Assembly (NCBI GenBank): GCA_012511005.1
Contig: JAAZGX010000077.1
Coordinates: forward strand, 1-30,227
DNA: 30,227 nucleotides
Reading direction: 5' to 3'
Origin: Clostridiales bacterium
GTDB lineage: Bacteria; Bacillota; Clostridia; Oscillospirales; Acutalibacteraceae
A program made the translations under genes and the position numbers. Under the pieces are notes generated by a model. That model had not been told where the DNA came from. It searched no databases and saw only the letters and a program-made list of their open reading frames with translations. Each line of letters begins with the position of its first letter. Within the stretch, counting starts at the first letter, position 1. This document shows positions 8,692 to 17,464 of the stretch, piece after piece.

Positions 8692-10292
8692 TTAGATTAA
8701 ATGAAATAAGATTGCCGCTTGAAGCGGCAAAAGAGGATATTCTGAAAGAGGCGGCAAGGCTTCTTAATATAAATAAAAGTGATATATTATCTTTATCCGT
8801 TTATAAAAAGTCTTTGGACTCACGAAAAAAGCATGATATTCATTTCGTTTATTCTGTTGATATTGAAACACAGCTTGACGAAAAATCTGTAATATCTTCA
8901 TTCCCGGAGAATAAAGCCTCTGTTGTTGAAAAGTATAGCTATACTCTGCCCGAGATGCGGCGAAATTCAATTTTCCGCCCTGTTGTAGTAGGCTTTGGTC
9001 CCGCCGGTATGTTTTCTGCTTTGCTGCTTGCCGAGGCAGGGCTTAATCCGCTGATTTTAGAGCGCGGCGACGATGTTGACACACGCATAAAAAAAGTCAG
9101 GAATTTCTGGGAGAATAAAATTCTTGACGAAAATTGCAATGTTCAATTCGGCGAGGGCGGCGCCGGCACTTTTTCTGACGGAAAGCTTACGACAGGCATA
9201 AAAAACCCCTTATGCCGCGAAGTACTTTTACGGCTTTATAAATATGGCGCGCCTGAGGAAATACTATGGAATAAATCGGCGCATATTGGTACGGATGGGC
9301 TAAGGGATGTTGTAAAGGCAATAAGAAATAGAATAATTGAGCAAGGCGGCGAGGTTAAATTCGGGTGCCGAATGACCGATATTATTAAGGCAAACGGGTG
9401 GGTACACGGCGTTTCTTATATTGATAAAAACGGCAGTAAAACAGATTTTGAAACGGATACAATAGTTCTTGCTATCGGTCACTCTGCAAGGGATACTTAT
9501 ATGTATTTGCACTCTGCAAATATAGAGCTTGAAAGAAAGGCTTTTTCCGTAGGGCTTAGGATTGAGCATCCGCAAGAATATATAAATAAATGCCAATACA
9601 GCAAAGAATATAAAAATCCTTTGCTGCCACCCGCTGACTACAAACTTTCAAACCATTCTCTCCACGGCAGAGGCGCTTATACATTTTGTATGTGCCCCGG
9701 CGGCACAGTTGTAAACGCCTCGTCTGAAAAAGAATGCGTAACCGTAAACGGAATGAGCGAATTTGCGCGTAATGCCGAAAACGCAAATTCCGCTATACTC
9801 GTAGGACTTCTGCCGGAGTTTTTCCCAAGTGAACACGCTCTTTCAGGTATGCATTTACAGCGTGAAATTGAAAAAAAGGCTTTTACTGTAAGCGGCGGAT
9901 ATTTACCTGTTTCTCAACTTCTTAAAGATTTTCTAAATGACGCACCGTCAAAAAAAGCGGGCGCCGTTACACCGTCTTGTCCGACGGGTGTTTCGTTCGG
10001 CAACATACGCTCTGTTTTACCGAAATGGGCGTGCGACACTATTTCTGCCGCAATTTATAGCTTTGACAGAAAACTAAATGGCTTTAATTTTTCTGACGCC
10101 GTTCTAACTTCTCCTGAAACGCGAAGCTCCTCTCCCGTCAGAATAAAGCGCGACGAGTTTATGAACTCTGTCCGTCTTTTCGGGCTTTACCCTTGCGGCG
10201 AGGGCGCAGGCTATGCGGGCGGCATTGTATCTGCCGCCGTTGACGGAATGAAAGCGGCAGAGAAAATTATAAGCGGAGAATACCCGTATTAA
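8688..10292 (+). CDS. Uncharacterised FAD-dependent dehydrogenase (COG2509-like)
   Basis: VVGFGPAG, LERG, QFGEGGAGTFSDGKL, HIGTD, FCMCPGG, ETRSSSPVRI and PCGEGAGYAGGIVSAAVDG motifs; ATGA overlap with the upstream gene. Confidence 0.85.
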   Translation: MIRLNEIRLPLEAAKEDILKEAARLLNINKSDILSLSVYKKSLDSRKKHDIHFVYSVDIETQLDEKSVISSFPENKASVVEKYSYTLPEMRRNSIFRPVVVGFGPAGMFSALLLAEAGLNPLILERGDDVDTRIKKVRNFWENKILDENCNVQFGEGGAGTFSDGKLTTGIKNPLCREVLLRLYKYGAPEEILWNKSAHIGTDGLRDVVKAIRNRIIEQGGEVKFGCRMTDIIKANGWVHGVSYIDKNGSKTDFETDTIVLAIGHSARDTYMYLHSANIELERKAFSVGLRIEHPQEYINKCQYSKEYKNPLLPPADYKLSNHSLHGRGAYTFCMCPGGTVVNASSEKECVTVNGMSEFARNAENANSAILVGLLPEFFPSEHALSGMHLQREIEKKAFTVSGGYLPVSQLLKDFLNDAPSKKAGAVTPSCPTGVSFGNIRSVLPKWACDTISAAIYSFDRKLNGFNFSDAVLTSPETRSSSPVRIKRDEFMNSVRLFGLYPCGEGAGYAGGIVSAAVDGMKAAEKIISGEYPY

Positions 10293-10342
10293 TAAAAAGA
10301 TTGGACTGCATCGTTTTTGTGAAATGATACAGTCTTTTTATT
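10291..10342. terminator. Probable bidirectional intrinsic terminator between convergent genes
   Basis: GACTGCATC / GATACAGTC stem flanked by AATAAAAAG and TCTTTTTATT. Confidence 0.6.
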
Positions 10343-11620
10343 TTACAGCACTTTAATTACATTGTACATTGAGTTTAAGACAATCCAATTTTGCGGAAAA
10401 TAGCTGTTAAGCGTCCAATAGCTTACACCTGCAAGACCGTATTCATTTACGGTGTAAAGCTTCGCTCTTATACTTCGGGCATCCTCAAACCACACAACAT
10501 GCTCGTTACCGTTATTATCAAAGTAGTTAAAAAACGGTGATTGCGCTTTTAAATCGAACTTAATTTCTGCTCCAACAGAAGAGGCTAAGTTTGCCGCCGC
10601 CGTGTTTGACAGCACTCTTGCAGACGAGCCCTGTACGAAAGGCAGCGTCCAGTCGTAACCGTAGTTCGGTATGCCCATCAGTATTTTTTCGGGCGGTATT
10701 GCCGTTACGGCATAGTCTAATACTCTTCTGACCTCATTAAGCGGCGCTACCGCCTGTGCGGGTCCATATGTATAGCCCCATTCATATGTCATAAGTATTA
10801 CAAAGTCCACCGTTCTGCCGTGAAACGGGTAGTCGTGCGCTTCATAAAGCGTTCCCTGTTGGTCTGCTGATATTTTCGGAGCAAGGGAGGTAGTTACAAT
10901 ATAGCCTTGCGCTTTTAATGTTTCTGTCAAACGCGCTATAAATTGATTATAGCTTTCACGGTCATACGGAAAGATGTATTCAAAGTCCACATTTATTCCG
11001 TAATACCCTTTAGGAAGGGTTTGCAGTATATTGTTTATAAGATTGTTCTGGGCAGCCTCATTTGTGAGTACGGCATGGGCTATGTCGCCGCTAAAGCCGC
11101 CGCCCTCACGGATATTAGTAATAACCATTAACGGCGCAACATTCGCCGCTCTTGCCGCGTCTATTATAGGCCGGTCGTTAAGATTTGAAAGACTGCCGTC
11201 CGCTCTTACTTCATAACTGAATATGCTTATAAAAGTAAGGTTTGGTAAAGTTTTTTGCAAAGTATCGGTGCTAATACCGGGAAAAACATAACCGTTAACA
11301 TAAATAGAGCCTATTTTTTCATCCGATAGCGGTATCGTAATCACTTGACCTGCAAAAATCTGTGCGGGGTTTGTGATTTGCGGATTTGCGGCTGCAATAG
11401 CGTCCACAGTAACAGAATACATTTGTGCTATGCTGTAAAGGCTTTCTCCCGCTAAAACCGTGTGCCGTACACTCGTTACGGGTACAACTATTGCCTGCCC
11501 CACCATAAGCCTTTCTGGGTTTGATATGGCATTGTCCGTAATTAACCGCTCTGCCGAAACGCCGTAACGCTGCCCAATTTTGTATAGTGTGTCCCCCGGT
11601 CTTACAATATGAATTAGCAT
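10343..11620 (-). CDS. Two-LysM + GH18 spore cortex/coat glycoside hydrolase (YaaH/SleL/YdhD-like)
   Basis: Two LysM repeats (HIVRPGDTLYKIGQRYGV; HTVLAGESLYSIAQMYSV); GH18 GINVDFE, LMTYEWG, GIPNYGYDW and VWFEDARS motifs. Confidence 0.92.
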   Translation of the reverse strand: MLIHIVRPGDTLYKIGQRYGVSAERLITDNAISNPERLMVGQAIVVPVTSVRHTVLAGESLYSIAQMYSVTVDAIAAANPQITNPAQIFAGQVITIPLSDEKIGSIYVNGYVFPGISTDTLQKTLPNLTFISIFSYEVRADGSLSNLNDRPIIDAARAANVAPLMVITNIREGGGFSGDIAHAVLTNEAAQNNLINNILQTLPKGYYGINVDFEYIFPYDRESYNQFIARLTETLKAQGYIVTTSLAPKISADQQGTLYEAHDYPFHGRTVDFVILMTYEWGYTYGPAQAVAPLNEVRRVLDYAVTAIPPEKILMGIPNYGYDWTLPFVQGSSARVLSNTAAANLASSVGAEIKFDLKAQSPFFNYFDNNGNEHVVWFEDARSIRAKLYTVNEYGLAGVSYWTLNSYFPQNWIVLNSMYNVIKVL

Positions 11621-11658
11621 GTAATCAATCCTTTATGTATATTTAAATATGCCGCTAT

Positions 11659-11688
11659 TAATATATGAGGATTGATATTTTTTGATAC
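11659..11688 (-). promoter_or_regulatory. sigE/sigK-like mother-cell promoter for the LysM-GH18 gene
   Basis: GTATCAA-N14-CATATATTA; resembles the B. subtilis sigE geometry (ATA...CATACA-T) and the sigK -10 (CATA---TA). Confidence 0.5.
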
Positions 11689-11728
11689 AAAAAGGCTGTG
11701 ACGAAATTTTCATTTTGTCACAGCTTTT
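11689..11728 (-). terminator. Intrinsic terminator of the DUF2804 gene
   Basis: GCTGTGAC...GTCACAGC stem followed by CTTTTT on the minus strand. Confidence 0.75.
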
Positions 11729-11743
11729 ATATTTTTTATTATT

Positions 11744-12898
11744 CTACCACCTGTTATCGGAGTATTCGCAAAACGCAAACATATCTTTAATTTCAAGCCT
11801 GCTGCCGTCATCTAATATAACATATCCATTAAAATGACCGAACACCTGATGGCATATATTGCCGACGAAAAGTACGCGTGTTTTCGTATAATTATCGAAA
11901 TACGGCGTCATAACCATTTCAAATCGTCCGTCTTCTGAGGTGAATATCCAGTCAGACATATAGTCGCCTTCCTTTTCAAGGGATACGCTTATTTCGCCAA
12001 GCTTCTCGGCTTTTCCGTCAATAAACATCATATTCCCCGTCGTTTTTGACGCGTCGCCAAAGCCCCATGTAATCTCAAATCCGAACATCTTCCCGTTTGG
12101 GAGCAGAGTTGTGCCGTTGCCCCAATACCAATCGCCCGCATAGGGCCATACTCCTCTGCCCCAGTCAAGACAGCAGAATGTGTCGGAGGGGTCGAACTCG
12201 ATTACAAGGTCACCTATTGTAATAGTGCCGCTGACAGGCATACTCGTAAATTTATTGTTTAAATAGAAATATTTATCGCTAACGCTTGTAAAAGGCGTTG
12301 CCGTTGTGATAGTTTCAAGTCCGTCCATCATAAAAATATCAAGGTCTGCCTTATATGAAACGCCTTTATGCGTACTGTCTAATGTTATGTGCCTGTGGTT
12401 TTTATCAACATTTACACTTAAATCAAACTTTTTATTTTTATAGCTTAAATTATGAGGCTTTATAGCATTAGTTTCCATACCCATATTGCCGAAAGTGAAC
12501 AGCTTTACAAAAGGCACCTCATACCTGTCGCCCGTTTTCATATCGCAAAGAACTATTGAGGCATAGCCTGCCATTGAAATATCCGCAATAACAACTTGCA
12601 CAAAATAGCGCTCGTTGCAAAACTGATAAAAATCCCACTCCTTTATCCTTAGCGGATTTGTTTTTATATCAGAGCGGGAATATTCATAAAGATTATTTTC
12701 ACAGTAACCGGACTTTGTAAGCGTACCGTCCTTTTGCAAAAGAGGAGTAACCTCGGTTATCCTTACCTGTTCATCTGTTTTGCCGCTGTAACCTATGTAT
12801 TTGTCACGCTGAAAACCCGAAAACGCAATAGTTACTACTGCCGCAAGTAAAACGAATACGAGTGAGACAATGAAAAGAGTAATGTATAGATTTTTCAT
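11744..12898 (-). CDS. DUF2804-family protein with an N-terminal transmembrane segment
   Basis: PLLQKDG-L...RIKEWDFY, LDWGRGVW and YWGNG motifs. Start moved to ATG 12898 (GGAGGA SD). Hydrophobic stretch LYITLFIVSLVFVLLAAVVTIAF. Confidence 0.75.
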   Translation of the reverse strand: MKNLYITLFIVSLVFVLLAAVVTIAFSGFQRDKYIGYSGKTDEQVRITEVTPLLQKDGTLTKSGYCENNLYEYSRSDIKTNPLRIKEWDFYQFCNERYFVQVVIADISMAGYASIVLCDMKTGDRYEVPFVKLFTFGNMGMETNAIKPHNLSYKNKKFDLSVNVDKNHRHITLDSTHKGVSYKADLDIFMMDGLETITTATPFTSVSDKYFYLNNKFTSMPVSGTITIGDLVIEFDPSDTFCCLDWGRGVWPYAGDWYWGNGTTLLPNGKMFGFEITWGFGDASKTTGNMMFIDGKAEKLGEISVSLEKEGDYMSDWIFTSEDGRFEMVMTPYFDNYTKTRVLFVGNICHQVFGHFNGYVILDDGSRLEIKDMFAFCEYSDNRW

Positions 12899-12953
12899 AT
12901 TTATTCCTCCAAAACCGTTTTTATAATAATATCTTTTATTTTTCTGCAGCTTG

Positions 12954-12982
12954 ATTATAAATAAAAAATCGGTCTTAGTCAA
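12954..12982 (-). promoter_or_regulatory. sigA-type promoter for the DUF2804 gene
   Basis: TTGACT-N17-TATAAT. Confidence 0.75.
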
Positions 12983-13003
12983 ATGATTTTAGTCGATAAA
13001 CAA

Positions 13004-14056
13004 TTAATCCTCTAAAATCTCGCGAAATCCGTAAACCCTGCTGTACTCTTTCGTTTCTGTATTTTTAATTACAGCACTTCTGTTTTTCGCAAGTAATTTT
13101 GTTATAGGGAATACATCAATCCAAATTTCGCTTTTGCAATTCTTTTGCGACTCGTCAAAAATTAGCTGAAGCCCTATGTGTAAATGTGCCACATCAATGT
13201 TGTTTACATTTTCTTTTATACTGTAACCCGTTCTTCCAAGGTATCCTATAACATCTCCCGCCTGCACCTCGTCTCCAATTTTTAAGTCCTTATTATACGG
13301 GAAATCCTTACGGAAGTGCGCATAGTAATAATACCTTTTTTTATCATGAGTTCTTATCCCCACTCGCCAGCCGCCGTATTGATTCCACCCCAATTCTTCT
13401 ATTGTTCCGCTCTCAACAGCCACGATTGGAGTTCCGACAGAGCCTATCATATCATGACCTAAATGCACTCTATTAAAGCCGTATGAGCGGCCTGCCCCAA
13501 AGTCGTCATACTCTCTGTAATAAAAGCCTTTGGCAAACGGTGAAAATGCTTTTATTCCGTATTTCCTTTCCCACCTTTTGCCCGTTTCAGATAACTCATC
13601 CTCAACCTCTATTTCATACTCGCCTACAAGCCCTGAGAGAATAGCGGTGTATGCCTCATAATAAAAATCATAATACTTTAGCCCTGTAGAAAGGCATTCC
13701 ATAGTTTCTCCCGATTTTATTTTATCAACGAGCGCGTCAAGCTGCGCAGTCTTAAACCCTTTGAAGTTGTTGCCGTTTTTAGCGGCTGTGTAAGCTAAAA
13801 TCTCTATATAGCTTATAGGAGTATCCGTTGTGCGGTACTTTATATCAAGCTTTACCGCATATTCGAGAGCCTCGTAAGGCACATTAAAATCAACCCATTT
13901 TATAAAGTCTTTCTTTTCGTTATTTTCTCCAACACTTTTTATCGCTTCAGCTTTTTTCGGTACACCGGAAATCAGAGCTATTATGATAAAAAGCATAACA
14001 AACATAACGGCGCCGACGGCAATATAGGATTGCTTGCGCCCTAAAAGAACGAACAT
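13004..14056 (-). CDS. Membrane-anchored M23 (LytM) family metallopeptidase
   Basis: HLGHD (HxxxD), YYYYAH and HLH Zn-ligand motifs intact; N-terminal TM IAVGAVMFVMLFIIIALISG. Start moved to ATG 14056 (GAGGGGG SD). Confidence 0.85.
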   Translation of the reverse strand: MFVLLGRKQSYIAVGAVMFVMLFIIIALISGVPKKAEAIKSVGENNEKKDFIKWVDFNVPYEALEYAVKLDIKYRTTDTPISYIEILAYTAAKNGNNFKGFKTAQLDALVDKIKSGETMECLSTGLKYYDFYYEAYTAILSGLVGEYEIEVEDELSETGKRWERKYGIKAFSPFAKGFYYREYDDFGAGRSYGFNRVHLGHDMIGSVGTPIVAVESGTIEELGWNQYGGWRVGIRTHDKKRYYYYAHFRKDFPYNKDLKIGDEVQAGDVIGYLGRTGYSIKENVNNIDVAHLHIGLQLIFDESQKNCKSEIWIDVFPITKLLAKNRSAVIKNTETKEYSRVYGFREILED

Positions 14057-14086
14057 CGTCTTTCCCCCTCGGTATACGGTTATTAA

Positions 14087-14112
14087 GCGCAAGACAAAAA
14101 TTCATCCTGCGC
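14087..14112 (-). other. Hairpin between spoIIIAH and the M23 gene (weak terminator or processing stem)
   Basis: GCGCAGGAT-gaattttt-GTCTTGCGC, a 9-bp stem with two GU pairs and only a short U tail. Confidence 0.35.
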
Positions 14113-14139
14113 TATAAATGTTTTTTTAAGAGCAAAACA

Positions 14140-14709
14140 TTAACCCGCTTCAGTAATAGTAATTCCCTCTGCCGAAATTTTGCTGTTTTTTAAGACTATA
14201 TCCTTAATTTGAAGTACACTTTCTTCGTTTACCTTGCCCTTTTCCACAACGACCTGAACGGCATCGTTACCGCACACAACAACACAGTCACAGCCAAGTT
14301 TTGCAGAAACGAGCGTTTCAATCGCGGACTCTGTTTCAATATTGGCGACTATTTTGTCGAGTGATGCGGCTACATTGACGGCTAACTTTGAATCTACCTC
14401 GGCATTGTCTAAAACGGCGTTTATGTTATCCATCGCATCGCCTCGCGCGTTTTCCCTATTGAGTTTTATTGCCGCGAAGCCTTCGTTTGGGGAAGCGGCG
14501 TCCGTGCCTTCCGTCGTATCATTTTTGGTGCCCACAAGCTGCGCCTCGCCAAGGTTCGGCGTCTTTTCGCCCGTTACGCCCGTATTCTCCTTAGATAGGT
14601 TTGAATCATAGTTTGTGAAGTACCAGTTTACAAACACCGCCGCTGCAAGCACAACAATCAATGCTCCCATAATAAGCTGTCTTCTTTTAATCAGAACATT
14701 CAAGTTCAT
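14140..14709 (-). CDS. spoIIIAH: Stage III sporulation protein AH
   Basis: RQLIMGALIVVLAAAVFVNWYF TM segment, C-terminal RBM-like region (E-AIETLV-AK...IKDIV); last gene of the A-H series. Confidence 0.9.
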   Translation of the reverse strand: MNLNVLIKRRQLIMGALIVVLAAAVFVNWYFTNYDSNLSKENTGVTGEKTPNLGEAQLVGTKNDTTEGTDAASPNEGFAAIKLNRENARGDAMDNINAVLDNAEVDSKLAVNVAASLDKIVANIETESAIETLVSAKLGCDCVVVCGNDAVQVVVEKGKVNEESVLQIKDIVLKNSKISAEGITITEAG

Positions 14710-15269
14710 TCCTCCCTGTTACTTTTCATTTTTGCAACAGACACCTTATTGCCTCTTATCGAAAAAAGAGCCGTTACAGTATCCGTAATTGCCTCTTTAA
14801 TTAAGTACGAGTCCCCGCCCTCGCAAACAACCGCGACCCCTCGAATTTTCGGCTCCATAACCGTAATTAAAAGCCCGCCTTGTGTAGCTCCGTCTGACTT
14901 TATTATTATATATTCTCCCGTACCGTTTTTAATGTCTTTATCTTCATATGATTCTATTTCGGATTTCACATTTTGCGCATAAACCTTTTCAACAGCACTC
15001 TCAAGAGTAATCATTACGCGGCATTTGCCCGCGCCCGATATATCTGAAATAATCGTTTCCAGATTTTTTTCAAGCGACTTTGTGTATTCGCTTAAATATA
15101 TATCGTTTTCGCCCGTTATTACTTTATTTTCCTTTTTTGCGGCAGGTAAAACTTCGCTTAGCATAAGAAGTAAAGAGCCTGCTGCCGCTAATATAAGTAT
15201 TGCCATTAGTTTTTTATCACTTTTAAGCTTGTTAAAAAAGTTATTTAATTTGTTTTTAGTGTCATTCAT
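14706..15269 (-). CDS. spoIIIAG: Stage III sporulation protein AG
   Basis: LE-NLE-IIS-ISGAG-CRVMITL and EPKIRGVAVVCEGGD motifs. Start moved to ATG 15269 (GGAG SD). Confidence 0.9.
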   Translation of the reverse strand: MNDTKNKLNNFFNKLKSDKKLMAILILAAAGSLLLMLSEVLPAAKKENKVITGENDIYLSEYTKSLEKNLETIISDISGAGKCRVMITLESAVEKVYAQNVKSEIESYEDKDIKNGTGEYIIIKSDGATQGGLLITVMEPKIRGVAVVCEGGDSYLIKEAITDTVTALFSIRGNKVSVAKMKSNREE

Positions 15270-15738
15270 AAATAATCTCCGCCGCAAATCCTATTTCTTT
15301 AGAAATCGTGTTTTGTATTTCCGTTTCTTTCTTTTTATACTCGTCCTTCAAATATATGCTGACTTTGCTTATGTTTATTCCGTATTCGCCGTATCCGTTT
15401 GCTTTCACTTTTACTTTGTGTTTTGATATTCCCATTGTATTTAATAAATCTTCTATTATGTCTTTAACCGCAAGCTCATAATTCTTTATAAGATTTTCAT
15501 TAAGACGCTTCTTTTCACTGTCAAATCCTTCTTCCTCTGCCTGTTTATAATAGTGAAATATCTCTTTTTTCATACCGCCGTTTGAAATAAACGGAGTTAT
15601 TATAATTACTATCATCGTAAGGCTTAAAAGCACTCTTAAAGCTTTCCTAAAAGCCTCTTTTTCAACTAATGAAAGCACAATAGCGCTTATTATTGAGCAT
15701 ACCGCTATATTTATAATCGTTTCTTTTAGTATTTCCAT
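15262..15738 (-). CDS. spoIIIAF: Stage III sporulation protein AF
   Basis: Two N-terminal hydrophobic helices then a soluble domain; lies between AE and AG. Confidence 0.8.
   Translation of the reverse strand: MEILKETIINIAVCSIISAIVLSLVEKEAFRKALRVLLSLTMIVIIITPFISNGGMKKEIFHYYKQAEEEGFDSEKKRLNENLIKNYELAVKDIIEDLLNTMGISKHKVKVKANGYGEYGINISKVSIYLKDEYKKKETEIQNTISKEIGFAAEIIYE
15351..15380 (-). promoter_or_regulatory. sigE-like internal promoter in spoIIIAF, upstream of spoIIIAG
   Basis: GAATAAA-N15-CATATATT, about 80 nt upstream of the AG start. Confidence 0.5.
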
Positions 15739-15742
15739 ATTC

Positions 15743-16867
15743 TCACACTAACTTTAATATTATTCCGCACGATATAATAAGCACCGTAAGAGTTATCGCC
15801 GTTCCCGCTAAAAGAAGTGATGTGCAGGAATAGATGTTTTTTAGGAGTGTTTCTTCCTTTTCGCACCCAAGGGCTTTGGCTATTACGGCAGAAAACTGAA
15901 GTAAAATAAGCCATGCAATTATTTCTGTTAATACAGGAAAAAATATAGCAAAAAGAGCCACTATTCCAAAAACTCCAACAGTACTTTTCAGAAGTCCTAA
16001 CCCTGCCGCAATAGACGCTAACGCTTCGTTTACAGAACTCCCGACAACGGGGATACTTGCACCGATTAAAAATTTAATTCCCTTTGCCCCGACACTATCA
16101 GTACCAGAGGCTAAAACGCTTTTTATGGATAAAAGTCCTGAAAAAATAGTAGCTCCAAGACCTAAAATTAATGTTATTCCTTTTTTTATTGCCGAAATGA
16201 TATTTTCACAGTCAAAAAGGTCTGAAATGCCGCCAACGAGTGCAAGGCAGAAAATCATTCCCGTAAAAGGCGAGTATAAGTTATCAACAAAATAGACAAT
16301 AAATTCTCCAAGCGCCAAAACAGCAGTATTAAACGAAAGTGCAAGCGTAGGTTTGCCCGATACGGCAATTACGGCGGCATATATCGGAATAAAGACTTTC
16401 ATAAACCCTAAAACAGAAGAGAACAAGCTTTTTACAATGGATAAAAACGAAATAAACGGTATACCAACAACAAGCGCAAGTATGGAATATCCTATTAAGT
16501 CAGTCCCCTTTTTCTTTTCGGCGCCGGAAATTGAGCCTGCGATTGAAATTATGAGCATACAAGCTACGAGTGATGTAAATGTAAAAGCCTTGTCCTTCAA
16601 TGAGCCTGAAAGCAAGTCGAAAAATGAGCCTAAAACACGGTTAAAGCCTATATTAAACAGCTCGTTAAATTCAACATCTGTTATACCAAGCTCATATAAA
16701 AGCTCTTTCGCATCCTCGTCAAGAGATGAATATATCTCTTGTTTTTTCGATGTGTCTAAGTAGCTGTCTATATTGTTAGAAGATGCTGACGCCAATTTCA
16801 CAAAAAATGGTGTAATCAGAATAAAAACTATTACAGTATAAATTTTAAATTTAATATTTTTCTTCAT
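15743..16867 (-). CDS. spoIIIAE: Stage III sporulation protein AE
   Basis: Polytopic membrane protein with FIPIY-A-IA-SG and KFLIGASIPVVGSSV...LLKSTVGVFG motifs; expected position in the operon. Confidence 0.9.
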   Translation of the reverse strand: MKKNIKFKIYTVIVFILITPFFVKLASASSNNIDSYLDTSKKQEIYSSLDEDAKELLYELGITDVEFNELFNIGFNRVLGSFFDLLSGSLKDKAFTFTSLVACMLIISIAGSISGAEKKKGTDLIGYSILALVVGIPFISFLSIVKSLFSSVLGFMKVFIPIYAAVIAVSGKPTLALSFNTAVLALGEFIVYFVDNLYSPFTGMIFCLALVGGISDLFDCENIISAIKKGITLILGLGATIFSGLLSIKSVLASGTDSVGAKGIKFLIGASIPVVGSSVNEALASIAAGLGLLKSTVGVFGIVALFAIFFPVLTEIIAWLILLQFSAVIAKALGCEKEETLLKNIYSCTSLLLAGTAITLTVLIISCGIILKLV

Positions 16868-17256
16868 TTTAATAAAGAGAAGGCCATTTGTAAAAGCAGT
16901 TTTATAACAGGCAGTGAAAGTGATATCACAATAGCCTTTACAATAAGCTCTAAAAAACCGGCAAGGGCATTTTCGCCGCTGTCTTTACAAACATCACAGG
17001 CAAGGCTGCCCGCTATTGTAATGCCGCTTGCCTTTAGCAGTATTCCCGTGTATTTTATCTGTGAATTTTCGAACTCTGAAATCTCTTTTACGGCGCTTAT
17101 TATTTCAAAGAAATAGCCTGCGGAAAATGCGAACATAATGCAAATTATTGCAAGCTGTGTGACAAGCGCTATTTCCGGAGAGCTTTTTTTAATAATTGCT
17201 GCAACGGCAACACCTATAATTGCAAATCCTATAATTTCCGTAATTCCTATTTTCAT
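16864..17256 (-). CDS. spoIIIAD: Stage III sporulation protein AD
   Basis: 130-aa hydrophobic protein with LLKASGI...ACDVCKDSGENALA motif. Confidence 0.9.
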   Translation of the reverse strand: MKIGITEIIGFAIIGVAVAAIIKKSSPEIALVTQLAIICIMFAFSAGYFFEIISAVKEISEFENSQIKYTGILLKASGITIAGSLACDVCKDSGENALAGFLELIVKAIVISLSLPVIKLLLQMAFSLLK

Positions 17257-17447
17257 ATTCCGAACATCTCCTTGAGCTCAGAAATCAGTTCCCCTATTTT
17301 CGGCAAAATCATTGCAACAGCAATAAGCAGCCCCGCTATCGTCGTCGCTACCGCATACTCATCCTTTCCCGACTTTGTAAGCACTTGATTGAGTATCCCT
17401 ACAATAACACCTATTGCCGCTATTTTGATTACGAACTCTATACCCAT
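17253..17447 (-). CDS. spoIIIAC: Stage III sporulation protein AC
   Basis: 64 aa, VIKIAAIGVIVGILNQVL-KSGKDEYA. Confidence 0.92.
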   Translation of the reverse strand: MGIEFVIKIAAIGVIVGILNQVLTKSGKDEYAVATTIAGLLIAVAMILPKIGELISELKEMFGI

Positions 17448-17464
17448 TGTGACTTCCTTCCTGC

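Noticed and set aside
4619-14070. Near-identical GGGGGAAA(G)ACGATG start regions of the sulfatase and M23 genes
   Set aside because: Explained by SD plus spacer convergence; there is no similarity beyond about 16 nt.
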